A stretch of DNA of 64,000 nucleotides. It comes from an uncultured delta proteobacterium (lineage in GTDB: Bacteria > Myxococcota_A > Polyangia > Polyangiales > Polyangiaceae). Location of the stretch: assembly GCA_963850305.1 (NCBI GenBank), contig CAWKKR010000008.1, positions 1,760,001 to 1,824,000 of the forward strand, in the 5' to 3' direction. The translations under genes were made by a program, and so were the position numbers. The notes under the pieces are model-generated. The model ran no database searches, had not been told where the DNA came from, and saw only the letters and a list, made by a program, of their open reading frames with translations. Below, piece after piece: positions 35,102-45,323 of the stretch; within the stretch, counting starts at the first letter, position 1, and every line of letters begins with the position of its first letter.

Positions 35102-35749
35102 TCACTTGATGCGTTCCTGAACGAGTTCGCCGGTTCCCAGGTTCCTGCCGTGCACGTCGACGTACGCGACCGAAAGCGGCCCCGACAGCTTGACGTAAAT
35201 CGAGAGGAGCTCCGCGTACGGTACCCCGGCGATCTCGGTGCGCGCGAGCGCGTGGCAGTGACCGTCCTTCCCCATGGAGGTCGAAATCCAGATCCAGCGG
35301 TCTACTTGCTTCAGCTTCAGCGAATACTCTCCGCCCCGCGGAGTGCTCGGTAGCGCGTCTTGCGTCGAAATGCCGTAGGCCAGGTATTCGAACCCGGCGA
35401 GATCGTGCACGCGAGCCGGCGAATGTTCGAACTCGCGCCAGTACGGGAAGACAGCGTTCTTCCCGACCGCGATGCAGTGCTCGTCGAGGTGCATGCCGTA
35501 ATCGACGCGGTTCCGGTCATCGCTCTTCGAGATGAAGAAGACCGTGGCAATGTCATGAGGGCCAAAGCTGGGTTCACCCGCTCGCGCAGCGGGGGCGAAC
35601 TGGACCGCCGCGAAGCAGAGCGCCGCGGTCGTGCCGACACCACGAGCCCATCGCGCCGTGACTCGCTCCTGGCCCCCACGGGCACCGGAGGTCCGGCCGG
35701 AGCCGATCGACGGTGCCGGCGCGCTCGGTATCGGACTTCGACTCCACAT
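35102..35749 (-). CDS. DUF4833-like secreted protein
   Basis: Signal-like ..PAARA-G; FFISKSDDRNRVDYG, PYWR, EYLAYGI, G...G..VQERI pattern; start uncertain. Confidence 0.65.
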   Translation of the reverse strand: MWSRSPIPSAPAPSIGSGRTSGARGGQERVTARWARGVGTTAALCFAAVQFAPAARAGEPSFGPHDIATVFFISKSDDRNRVDYGMHLDEHCIAVGKNAVFPYWREFEHSPARVHDLAGFEYLAYGISTQDALPSTPRGGEYSLKLKQVDRWIWISTSMGKDGHCHALARTEIAGVPYAELLSIYVKLSGPLSVAYVDVHGRNLGTGELVQERIK

Positions 35750-35969
35750 GGACTTGCTACGGTGATAATGCGCATTCGTCGGCTCGCCAGGCACACCTTC
35801 ATCCGCGGTGTCGCTTTCTCTACGCCTCCAGCCAACCTGGCTACCCAATCAGGCGTCGGTGTCTTCGAGTGAGTCGCCTTCAGCATGGATGCCAGCCGTC
35901 CGCGGAGAATCCCGGATTCTCACTCCCCGGCTTGCTCCTGGAGGATTCCTGACAAAAGCTCCGGGCCCC

Positions 35970-38048
35970 ATGAGTTCGGACGTGTTGCTCGAGATCGGCG
36001 TGGAGGAGTTGCCGGCGTCGTTCGTCAGTAGTGCGGTCGACGCGCTGCCCGTCTTGCTCTCCGACCGCCTCGCGGAGCTGAGGCTCTCGCACGGGGAGGT
36101 CCGCGCGTTCGGTACGCCGCGGCGCCTTGCCGTCATCGCGCGCGGCGTCGGTGACCGTCAGCCGGATCTCTCCGATGAGGTGCTCGGACCGCCCGCCCGG
36201 GTGGCCTTCGATGCGAACAAGAATCCGACGCGCGCGGCGGTGGCGTTTGCCGAGAAGACTCGCGTCCCCGTGGAGGCGCTCTACGTGAAAGAGACACCGA
36301 AGGGCGACTACGTCGCCGCGCATCGGGTCGAGCAGGGTGCGGCCGCGACCGCGCTCTTGCCTGGAGCGCTCGAGCGCGTCTGTGGGGCCATCGTATTCAA
36401 GAAGTCCATGCGCTGGTCCGATGGCGACGCCATTTTCGGACGGCCCGTTCGGTGGCTGGTCGCTCTGTTCGGCGATGCGGTGGTGCCGGTTCGCTTCGCG
36501 GGTTACGTCGCGGATCGGCTGACGCACGGCCATCGCTTCCTCGACGGCGCGTCGTTCCGGATCGATGCGCCGTCCGCGTACGAGTCCGGGCTTCGCGCGC
36601 ATCACGTCGTCGTCGACCCCGAGGAGCGCAAGCGGGTGATGCTCGAGCGACTCGAGTCGGCCGCGAAGGCGCTCGGGGGCGAGCTCATCCGGGACGCGTT
36701 CCTCGTCGAGGAGAATGCGTCGCTTGTCGAAGAGCCGCACGTCGTCGCCGGGAGCTTCGACGCGGCGTTCCTCTCGCTGCCGGAGCGAGTGATCCTGGAC
36801 GTCGCGAAGGGGCATCAGCGGTATTTCGGTGTCCGCAGCGCCGACGGAAAGCTCCTGCCGAGGTACCTCGCCGTCGTGAATACGGCGGAGAAGCCGGAAA
36901 ACGTGCGGCGCGGGAACGATCGCGTGATGCGTGCGCGGCTGTCGGACGCGAAGTTTTTCTACGAGGAGGATCTGAAGACGCCGCTCGGCGCTCGACGGAA
37001 AGCGCTCGACGGGATCGTGTTCCACAAGAAGCTGGGTACCGTCGGTGACAAGGTGCGGCGAATGGAACGCCTCGTCGCGGAACTCGGCGCGCACCTCGGG
37101 CTCGCTTCGAAGACGATCGCGACGGCGCTCGACGGCGCGGCGCTCGCGAAGTGCGATCTCGTGACTCTCATGGTCGGCGAGCTGCCGGAGCTCCAGGGCG
37201 AGATGGGACGGGCGTATGCGATCTCGCAGGGATGCGATCCCGCCGTCGCCGACGTGGTGGCGGAGCATTACTTGCCGCGCGGCGCGGAAGACGCGCCCGC
37301 GCCGTCCGATGCGGGCGCGCTCGTGGCGATCGCGGACCGACTCGATACGCTCGTCGGCTCCTGCGCCGTGAACGTCATGCCGACGGGCGCCGCCGACCCG
37401 CTCGCGCTCCGCAGGGCGGCGATGGGTGTCCTCCGGACGATCATCCACAAGCAATGGGATCTGGTCGCGCCCAGGGCCGTGCTGTCGGCGCACGCGGGGT
37501 TCGATTCCGTGCGGCTCGACCTGGACGGAGCCGTCACGGCCGAGCGACTCTCCGGATTCCTGGCTCAGCGCCTTCGCGGCATCCTGGGCGCCGAGCTCGC
37601 GTCGGACGTCGTGGATGCCTGCGTCGCGGCGGGTTACGAGCGCCCTCTCGACGTGGTTCGTCGCGCGCTGGCCCTCGCTGCCATCGACCCCGGCGTGCGC
37701 GCGCTGGTCGGCGAGGTCTTCAAGCGCGCCGCGAACATCGGGAAGGACGCCCCCGGAGGCGTGACGGTGCCGCCGGAGGACGTCTCGCCGGACGTGCACG
37801 CGTCGGAGAGAGCCTTGTTCGCGGCGTTCGCGACGCTGCGCGCGGAGCTCGTGGCCGGCAGCGACTACGCGCACTGCCTCGGCGCCATCGCGCACTTCGC
37901 GCCCATCCTCGGCAAATTCTTCGAGGACGTTTTCGTCATGGTCGACGACGAGCCCGTCCGGAATAACCGGCTCCGTCTGATGCGCGACATCCAGCGAACG
38001 TGCTCGACGATCGCGAACTTCAACCTGCTCGCCAGAGCGCCGAGCTAG
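35970..38048 (+). CDS. glyS: Glycine--tRNA ligase beta subunit
   Basis: [63 protein letters not shown]. Confidence 0.96.
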   Translation: MSSDVLLEIGVEELPASFVSSAVDALPVLLSDRLAELRLSHGEVRAFGTPRRLAVIARGVGDRQPDLSDEVLGPPARVAFDANKNPTRAAVAFAEKTRVPVEALYVKETPKGDYVAAHRVEQGAAATALLPGALERVCGAIVFKKSMRWSDGDAIFGRPVRWLVALFGDAVVPVRFAGYVADRLTHGHRFLDGASFRIDAPSAYESGLRAHHVVVDPEERKRVMLERLESAAKALGGELIRDAFLVEENASLVEEPHVVAGSFDAAFLSLPERVILDVAKGHQRYFGVRSADGKLLPRYLAVVNTAEKPENVRRGNDRVMRARLSDAKFFYEEDLKTPLGARRKALDGIVFHKKLGTVGDKVRRMERLVAELGAHLGLASKTIATALDGAALAKCDLVTLMVGELPELQGEMGRAYAISQGCDPAVADVVAEHYLPRGAEDAPAPSDAGALVAIADRLDTLVGSCAVNVMPTGAADPLALRRAAMGVLRTIIHKQWDLVAPRAVLSAHAGFDSVRLDLDGAVTAERLSGFLAQRLRGILGAELASDVVDACVAAGYERPLDVVRRALALAAIDPGVRALVGEVFKRAANIGKDAPGGVTVPPEDVSPDVHASERALFAAFATLRAELVAGSDYAHCLGAIAHFAPILGKFFEDVFVMVDDEPVRNNRLRLMRDIQRTCSTIANFNLLARAPS

Positions 38049-38061
38049 TCCGTCGACCCCC

Positions 38062-40608
38062 GTGGCCACGACGTCGCGCCCGAAGGCTCCGCTCGAGGAG
38101 AGCCTCTTCACGGTCGCGCCGGATCCGGCGAACGTCACCGGCGACGAGCTGCTCGATCGCTTCGTCGAGTACACCCAGGACCGGGGGCTCGAGCTTTATC
38201 CGGCGCAGGAAGAAGCGCTCCTCGAAGTCTTCGCCGGGAAGAACCTGATCCTGTCGACGCCGACGGGGTCCGGCAAGTCCCTGGTCGCGACGGCCGCGCA
38301 CTTTCGCTCGATGGCGCTCCGCGAGCGCTCCTTTTATACGTGCCCGATCAAGGCGCTCGTCAACGAGAAGTTCTTCGCGCTCTCCCGCGACTTCGGGCCG
38401 GACAACGTGGGGATGATGACCGGCGACGCGAGCATCAACCGCGACGCACCAATCGTCTGCTGCACCGCGGAGATCCTCGCGAACGTCGCGCTCCGCGAGG
38501 GGAGCGACGCGGACATCGGAACCGTCGTCATGGACGAGTTCCACTATTACGCCGACCGGGAGCGCGGCACGGCCTGGCAAGTGCCGCTCCTCACGCTCCC
38601 GCAGGCGACGTTCGTGCTCATGTCCGCGACGCTCGGGCCGACCGAGTTCTTCGAGCGAGCCCTGACGGAGCTGAACGGCAAGGCCACCGCCACCGTACGG
38701 TCCACGGTGAGGCCCGTGCCCCTCGACTTCGAGTATCGGGAGAGCCCGCTGCACGAGACCATCATCGACCTCGTGAAGACCGGGCGTCATCCGATCTACG
38801 TCGTGGCGTTCACGCAGCGCGCCTGCGCGGAGCAAGCGCAGAACCTGATGAGCACCGACTACTCGACGAAGGACGAGAAGCGCGCGATCCACGCCGCCCT
38901 CGAGGGCGTGCGGTGGGGGAGTCCGTACGGCAAGGAGGTCCAGAAGTACCTCCGCCACGGGATTGCGATCCATCACGCGGGCCTGCTTCCGAAGTACCGA
39001 TTGCTCGTCGAGCGGCTCGCGCAGACGGGGCTTCTCAAGGTCATCTGCGGGACGGACACGCTCGGCGTCGGGGTCAACATCCCGATCCGGACGGTGCTCT
39101 TCACGCAGCTCTGCAAGTTCGACGGCGAGAAGACGAGTCTGCTCTCGGTGCGCGACTTCCAGCAGATCAGCGGCCGCGCCGGGCGCAAGGGGTTCGACGA
39201 CCGAGGGAGCGTGGTCGCGCAGGCGCCGGAGCACGTCGTCGAGAACCTGCGGCTCGAGTCGAAAGCGGGCCGTGACCCGGCCAAGCGACGCAAGGTCGTG
39301 AAGAAGAAGCCGCCGGAGCGCGGCTACGTCCACTGGGATCGAGCGGTCTTCGATCGTCTCGTGACGTCCTCGCCCGAGCCGCTCACGCCGCGCTTCACGG
39401 TGACGCACGGCATGCTCCTCGGCGTGCTCGCGCGACCGAGGTACGGCTGTCACGCCATGGCGCGCCTGATTCACGGGTCGCACGCGCGGAAGGCGGAGAA
39501 GCGGCTGCTCGCCAGGACCGCGTTCGCGCTGTTCCATTCCCTTGTCGAGGCGAACATCGTCAGCGTGGCGAAAGGCACGCACCGCACCACGGTGAACGTG
39601 GACCTCCAGGATGATTTCTCGCTGAACCATGCGCTGTCGCTGTACCTCGTCGACACGCTCTCGCTTTTGGATCCGGAAGACCCCGGTTACGGCCTCGACG
39701 TGCTCACGCTGGTCGAGTCGATCCTCGAGAACCCGCAGCTCATCCTCGACCGACAGCTCGACAAGCTGAAGACGCTGAAGCTCGCCGAGCTGAAGGCCGC
39801 TGGCGTCGAGTACGACCAGCGCATGGCCGAGCTCGAGAAGCTCGAATACCCGAAGCCGAACCGCGACTTCATTTACGACACGTTCAACGCGTTCTCGAAG
39901 CAACACCCGTGGGTCGCCGCCGAGAACATCCGGCCGAAGTCCATCGCGCGCGAGATGTACGAGGGGCTGCTTTCGTTCGGCGACTACGTCAAAGAGTACG
40001 GGATTGAGCGCGCGGAGGGGCTCGTTCTCCGCTATCTGTCGGACGTCTACAAGACGCTCGTGCAAACCGTTCCCGCGCCGTCGAAGAACGAAGCCGTCGA
40101 GGACGTCGTGATCTATTTCGGCGCGATCGTCCGCTCGGTCGACGCGAGCTTGCTCGACGAGTGGGAAAAGATGCGTGGCGGCGCCGTGGCCCCCGACGTG
40201 GCCGTCGAGACCGCGGAACCGGTCGATACGTCGGACGTCACGCGCGACCCGCGCGCGTTCACCGTGCTCGTTCGAAACCTGGCATTCGCCCTCGTCCGCT
40301 CGCTGGCCGCCCGCGACTACGTCGCCGCCGCGGCGCTGCTCGAGCCCGGAGAAGACCCCTGGACGCCAAGGCGTTTCGACGACGTCCTCGCGCCGTTCTG
40401 GGCGGAACACGCAACGTTGCTCACGACGCCCGCGGGGCGCGCCCCTGCGAACACGCGCCTCGAGCGCGGCGACGGCGTCTGGCGGCTCGAGCAGATCCTG
40501 TGCGATGCCGACGAAGCGAACGACTGGCGCATCCTCGGCACGATCAATCTGAGCGCCTCGCGCGAGGCGGGGCGCCCCGTCCTCGTCGTCACTGCAATCG
40601 AGAGTTGA
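38062..40608 (+). CDS. Ski2/HelY-like SF2 helicase with DUF3516-type C-terminus
   Basis: [45 protein letters not shown]. Confidence 0.88.
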   Translation: MATTSRPKAPLEESLFTVAPDPANVTGDELLDRFVEYTQDRGLELYPAQEEALLEVFAGKNLILSTPTGSGKSLVATAAHFRSMALRERSFYTCPIKALVNEKFFALSRDFGPDNVGMMTGDASINRDAPIVCCTAEILANVALREGSDADIGTVVMDEFHYYADRERGTAWQVPLLTLPQATFVLMSATLGPTEFFERALTELNGKATATVRSTVRPVPLDFEYRESPLHETIIDLVKTGRHPIYVVAFTQRACAEQAQNLMSTDYSTKDEKRAIHAALEGVRWGSPYGKEVQKYLRHGIAIHHAGLLPKYRLLVERLAQTGLLKVICGTDTLGVGVNIPIRTVLFTQLCKFDGEKTSLLSVRDFQQISGRAGRKGFDDRGSVVAQAPEHVVENLRLESKAGRDPAKRRKVVKKKPPERGYVHWDRAVFDRLVTSSPEPLTPRFTVTHGMLLGVLARPRYGCHAMARLIHGSHARKAEKRLLARTAFALFHSLVEANIVSVAKGTHRTTVNVDLQDDFSLNHALSLYLVDTLSLLDPEDPGYGLDVLTLVESILENPQLILDRQLDKLKTLKLAELKAAGVEYDQRMAELEKLEYPKPNRDFIYDTFNAFSKQHPWVAAENIRPKSIAREMYEGLLSFGDYVKEYGIERAEGLVLRYLSDVYKTLVQTVPAPSKNEAVEDVVIYFGAIVRSVDASLLDEWEKMRGGAVAPDVAVETAEPVDTSDVTRDPRAFTVLVRNLAFALVRSLAARDYVAAAALLEPGEDPWTPRRFDDVLAPFWAEHATLLTTPAGRAPANTRLERGDGVWRLEQILCDADEANDWRILGTINLSASREAGRPVLVVTAIES

Positions 40609-40614
40609 CTACGG

Positions 40615-41918
40615 TCAGTGCACCTCCCCGGCGAGAAGCGCGGCGAGCAAGCGTGCGCTTTCGCGGACGTCGTGTTGCGCCCGGACGCGGGCCCGTCCCG
40701 CCGCGCCCATCTCGCGGATGCGCGAGGGGCTCGCGCGCATCGCAGCGCGCATCGCGGCCGCGAGCTCGGAGACCGAACCGGCCGGGACGAGCCACCCGGT
40801 CTTCCCGTCCTCGACGAGCTCGGGAATGCCCGCTACGAAGGTGCTCACGACCGGGCGGGAGAGCGCGAGCGCTTCGATGATGGCGACCGGCAACCCTTCG
40901 GCGAAACTCGGAAGGATGAGTGCGCGCGCGCCGCGGATCTCGTCGCGCACCTTCTGGCCATCGACCCACCCGGTGATACGCACGAGGCGCCTCAGCCCGA
41001 GCTCGTCGAATCCGGCGCGACACTTCCTCCTTCATCTCGCCGTCGCCGACGAGGACCAGCTCGAAGAGTTCTCCACTCCGCGCGAGCTTCGAAGCGGCTT
41101 CCAGAAGCAAGAGCTGGCCCTTCTGCTCGCAGAGACGCCCCACGCACACGAGTCGCGCGAACCGTGGCGCGCTCGCCGGCGCCGCGTCGAGAAACGGCGC
41201 GTCGACGCCGCAGCGGACGACGTGGATCTTGCCCCAGTCTTCGAAGCTCGCGAGCCGGTAGAGCTGGCTCCGCCCGAAGCTCGAGAATCGCGATGACGAA
41301 CGCCGCGTGCCGGATCTTCTCGCCGAGCCCTATGAGTGTTGGCTTGTCGAACTCTTCCGGACCGTGCACCGTGAAGCTGAACGGCGGCCCGCCGAGCTCG
41401 TGACAGAGCATCGCGACTGTCGCAGGGTTCGTTCCGAAGTGCGCATGGACGTGCGTGACGTGCTTCTCCGCGAGCCGCCGCCAGAGAAAGCAGGCTTCGG
41501 CCAGGTACACCCCATGGATGAAGACTCCGCGGTCGGAGCGAAACCCCATGCGGAGCGTGAGCCGAGCAGCGCGCACGAAGGAGACTGGATGCCACAGAGC
41601 ACACACGACCGTCGCGCCAATCAATCGAGCGACGCCCGCTTCGAGGATGAAGTGCGTTCGGTCGCGTTCCCGCAGGTCGTCCGCGTCGGTCAGCTCGTCT
41701 GGCCCACGTCGAATGGAGAACCGTTCGACTGGTACGCCGAGCCGCTCGAGTGCCTCAATCTCCCGCCGAATGAACGTATGGCTCACCTTCGGGTACTGGT
41801 TCACCAGGTATGCGACCCCGCCATTCGCGCCGGGCCTGGGGGCCAGTCCGCCGTGCCGCGTCGAGGCTCCTGGCTCGGGATCGCGTGCTTCGTCCGGAGC
41901 CGTCGCGTCGCTGCCCAT
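40615..41918 (-). CDS. Glycosyltransferase family 4 (WcaL-like), indels near 41285 and 41010
   Basis: YPKVSHTFIRREI, HAHFG, TVHGPEEF, VGRLCEQKG, EGLPVAIIEA across three ORFs. Confidence 0.88.
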
Positions 41919-41958
41919 CGACAGTCGACGTTGCAAGACACGGGCCCTCGACTCCGGC

Positions 41959-42781
41959 CTATCTCGACGCGCCGTTCGGAGAACGACGCTCGGAGGTCTC
42001 TTGAATGAGCGCGTCCCGTATCTTGTCCGTGATCGATTGCTTTCGCGATGCCGAGAGTCGGCTGCCATCGAGCTCGGCGAGCTCGAACTCGTCCCGCGCG
42101 GTGGCGGCAAACGTGGTCACGTGGAATCGCACGATGGTCAGCCGTTCGCGGAAGATCGTGAGCGAGATGGCGAGCAGCAGCCCCGGACGATCGCCCGCCT
42201 CTACGACGACCACGTCCGCATCGCGAGTGTCGTCGAAGTAGACGGCGACCGATGGTGGTCCCGCCGGCCTCGACGTCTCGGCCGCGCGCTTCTCGAGCGA
42301 GCCGACATCGACTTCGCCCCGCAGGAGCGAGGCGATGGTCCTGCCGATCGAGTCGGAAATCGACCCGGTCGCTCGGGTTGCGCAGCGGGCGCACGGAGAA
42401 CAGATCGATCGCCTCGTCGATACGGTGCGGCCGGGTGCGGCAATACACCCGGGCGCTCAGGATATCCAGCGAGTGCGCGGAGATGGCCGCTGTCAGGAGC
42501 GAAAGGAGCCCTGCGCGGTCATCGGTGACCACGCACATCCATTGACCCCCGTCGGGCTGCGGCGGTCCCGGGCAGGGTTCCACGACGACGAGCGAGCCAG
42601 CGCGCTTGGTGAGGATCCGTGCGTGGGCCCGGATCTCCTCGGCCGAGTGACGCGCGTAGTACGACCTCGGCATCCCTTCGAGCGTCGACGTGTCTGGATT
42701 TCTCGGAGAATCAGGCCGAGAGGACGGGGGACCAGACGGCGACGAATCGGTCGACACGGTGAGTGAATGAAACCCGTTCAT
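41959..42781 (-). CDS. Stand-alone tandem ACT-domain protein resembling the GlnD C-terminus, indel near 42356
   Basis: YYARHSAEEIRAH, DRAGLLSLLTAAISAHSLDILSARV..D.F, DRPGLL...ARDEF. Confidence 0.75.
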
Positions 42782-42814
42782 CTGCTTCGCGCCGGCTTCG
42801 GGTTCGTTTCGTAT

Positions 42815-44098
42815 CTAAGGCGTCGACGCGAGCGCCTGCCGCGCCGCGTCCAGGGTCCGGTCCATGTCGTCCTCCGTGTGCGCCGCGGAGAGGAATGCCG
42901 CCTCGAACTGCGAGGGCGGCCAGTAGATGCCGCGTTCGATCAGCCCGCGATGCCACGCGCCGAAGCGCTCGGTGTCGCTGCGACTCGCGTCGAGCCACGA
43001 GCGCACCGGGCCGTCGTGAAAGAACACCGTGAGCATCGAGCCGACGCGTTGCACGACGCCCGTCACCTTCGCGTCACGAAGCGTACGTGAGAGCCCTTCC
43101 TCGAGCCGCGCCCCGAGCGCCTCGAGGCGATCGTAGACGGCGCCATCGAGGAGGCGCAGCGTCGCGAGTCCGGCGGTCACCGCGAGCGGGTTCCCGCTGA
43201 GTGTTCCCGCCTGGTACACGGGGCCGAGCGGGGCGATCCGTTTCATGATGTCAGCGCGACCGCCGTAGACGGCCAGTGGCATTCCACCCCCGACGACCTT
43301 GCCGAGGCAGGTCATGGCAGGACGCAGGCCGAAGCGCTCCTGTGCCCCCCCGCGGGCGAGCCTCGAGCCGGTCATCACTTCGTCGAAGATGGAGACCGCG
43401 CCGTGTTGCGCGCACAGCTCGACGAGCGCTTCGAGAAAGCCGGGAACCGGCGCGACGCAGCCCATGTTGCCCGCGACGGGCTCGACGATGACGGCGGCGA
43501 TGCGCGCCCCTTCGCTTGCGAACAGATCGTGGAGGGCCGGCACGTCGTTGTACGGAGCGGTGATGGTGCTGGCGACCGTCGCCGCGGGTACGCCCGCCGA
43601 GTCCGGCGCGCCGAACGTCGCGGCGCCGCTTCCGGCTTTGACGAGCAGCGCGTCCGCGTGACCGTGATACGCGCCGTCGAACTTCACGATGGCGTCGCGC
43701 CCCGTGAAGCCGCGCGCCGCGCGGAGCGCGCTCATCGTCGCTTCCGTGCCGCTCGAGACGCACCTCAGCATCTCGATCGACGGATAGCGCTCGGCGACGG
43801 CTTCGGCGAACTCGACTTCGAGCGCGGTCGGCGCGCCGTAAGAGAGGCCGCGCGTCGCCGCGTCTCGCACGGCGCTCACGACTTCAGGATGTGCATGCCC
43901 GAGGATCGCGGGTCCCCAACTGCCGACATAGTCGATGTATTCCTCGCCGTCGGCGTCGACGAGACGGGCGCCGAACGCGCGCGCGATGAACCGCGGGTGG
44001 CCGCCGACCGCGCGAAATGCACGCACGGGGCTGTTCACGCCGCCGGGCAGCCGCCGTTCCGCGCGCTCGAGCAGGGCTTTCGAAATCGAGTCCGTCAT
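42815..44098 (-). CDS. hemL: Glutamate-1-semialdehyde 2,1-aminomutase
   Basis: PGGVNSPVRAF, DYVGSWGP, SSGTEA, FDEVMTG, GKVVGGG, YQAGTLSGNP, PPSQFEA. Confidence 0.96.
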   Translation of the reverse strand: MTDSISKALLERAERRLPGGVNSPVRAFRAVGGHPRFIARAFGARLVDADGEEYIDYVGSWGPAILGHAHPEVVSAVRDAATRGLSYGAPTALEVEFAEAVAERYPSIEMLRCVSSGTEATMSALRAARGFTGRDAIVKFDGAYHGHADALLVKAGSGAATFGAPDSAGVPAATVASTITAPYNDVPALHDLFASEGARIAAVIVEPVAGNMGCVAPVPGFLEALVELCAQHGAVSIFDEVMTGSRLARGGAQERFGLRPAMTCLGKVVGGGMPLAVYGGRADIMKRIAPLGPVYQAGTLSGNPLAVTAGLATLRLLDGAVYDRLEALGARLEEGLSRTLRDAKVTGVVQRVGSMLTVFFHDGPVRSWLDASRSDTERFGAWHRGLIERGIYWPPSQFEAAFLSAAHTEDDMDRTLDAARQALASTP

Positions 44099-44258
44099 TT
44101 CGGCGAAGGGTAGCGCGGGATCCCGCGAACGACCCTCGAAAGGTGTGTCCCCCGCCTCGCCCCGACCTCGTGATCCGTCCGAAGCGCCGATCCTGCGCCG
44201 TTCCGCAATCGGTGCGCTCGACACGACCGATCGCACCGCTCCGGGGTAAGCCAGTCGG

Positions 44259-44274
44259 CGGCACCGTGCTTGCA
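44259..44274 (+). promoter_or_regulatory. Sigma54 (-24/-12) promoter candidate
   Basis: CGGCAC-CGTGC-TTGCA with exact GG-N10-GC spacing, just upstream of the ORF at 44293. Confidence 0.6.
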
Positions 44275-44292
44275 TCGCCATCTCGCAGATCG

Positions 44293-45276
44293 ATGCAGGT
44301 CCCGATAGGCTCCGCCCTTCTCTCCCGCGCAGGTGCGAGCTGGATCCGCGAGGCGACGGTAATTGGCGTGGCGGCACTGCTCGTCGCGAGGTCGTCTGGT
44401 GCGCAGCAAGGCAACGCGGCGATCGTGAATGAGATAACGTGGGAGCATACGGCCATCATCGACGATTACCTGACTCATCTTTCCATCCTCGTTGCTCAGG
44501 GCGCGGGCGAGCCGCGGGTGACAGCGACGTACGACGACGGAACGCAGTACTTCGGGCCAGGCTCGGACTCGACCAGCGTTCCGCTCGGGTCCGCGTCGTG
44601 GAACTCGGACTCGACGAGCATTTCGTCGGACAGCCCGTTTGCGAGCTCCGACTCGACGAGCATTTCGTCGGACAGCCCGTTTGCGAGCTCCGACTCGACG
44701 AACCCCTGGTCCTTCCACTCGCTGCCCGCCGAGAGTGCGTCGACTGCCCCGACCACTGCGGCGCCCAACGCCCAGCCGTCGTCTGGCTCGTCTGCGACGG
44801 TCGCCCCGTCGTCAGCAGCTTCCGCCCCTTCAGCGACACCGGAGCCGGCCAGCGTCTCCGTCCCGTCCGCCGTGCCCATGTCGATCGCGGAGCCCCCGCT
44901 GTTCGTGCCGATGACCTTCGAGGAATCGGTGCCCGCGTCCGTGCTCGCCGAATCGGCGGGCCTCGCTTCGTTCCCGCCGGGAGAAGGGGCGGCGACGCCG
45001 AAGGCCGAGGTTCCTCCGTCGAGGGCAGATGGCGACCAGACGCCCGACGTGCTCGTCGCGAGGAGCTTGCTGGCAGCGCCCTCGTTGCCCTCGCCAATCG
45101 CCGGCGAGCCCGACGACGTCGGCGCCATGTTCCGGAAGATGACGGTCCTCGCCTTGTTTTACATCGGCGCCACGTGCGTCACGCTCACGATGATCGTCGC
45201 TCTGGCGCTCGGACTCAGGGCACGGGCACGGAGCGCACGCCTCCGCCTCCAGTCAAAGCCACACGCGCACGGCTGA
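44293..45276 (+). CDS. Hypothetical Ser/Pro/Ala-rich protein with C-terminal TM and basic tail
   Basis: Hydrophobic N-terminal stretch, low-complexity core, VLALFYIGATCVTLTMIVALAL followed by RARAR. Confidence 0.65.
   Translation: MQVPIGSALLSRAGASWIREATVIGVAALLVARSSGAQQGNAAIVNEITWEHTAIIDDYLTHLSILVAQGAGEPRVTATYDDGTQYFGPGSDSTSVPLGSASWNSDSTSISSDSPFASSDSTSISSDSPFASSDSTNPWSFHSLPAESASTAPTTAAPNAQPSSGSSATVAPSSAASAPSATPEPASVSVPSAVPMSIAEPPLFVPMTFEESVPASVLAESAGLASFPPGEGAATPKAEVPPSRADGDQTPDVLVARSLLAAPSLPSPIAGEPDDVGAMFRKMTVLALFYIGATCVTLTMIVALALGLRARARSARLRLQSKPHAHG
44608..44701 (+). repeat. Perfect 42-bp in-frame tandem duplication (about 2.2 copies)
   Basis: GACTCGACGAGCATTTCGTCGGACAGCCCGTTTGCGAGCTCC at 44608 and 44650, partial at 44692. 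Confidence 0.95.
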
Positions 45277-45323
45277 GACGCGGGGTGGACGCTCCCGCCT
45301 CCTTCCCGAGGGGACCCTCGAAT

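Noticed and set aside
35750..35969. T-box leader for glyS
   Set aside because: No T-box consensus or U-rich terminator visible.
33308..40410. Long antisense ORFs (e.g. 33308-34915, 35880-38174, 38020-40410; likewise 52909-55065, 8716-10305, 60064-61725)
   Set aside because: They are shadow frames of well-supported genes, expected from high GC3 codon bias, and are Arg-rich without motifs.
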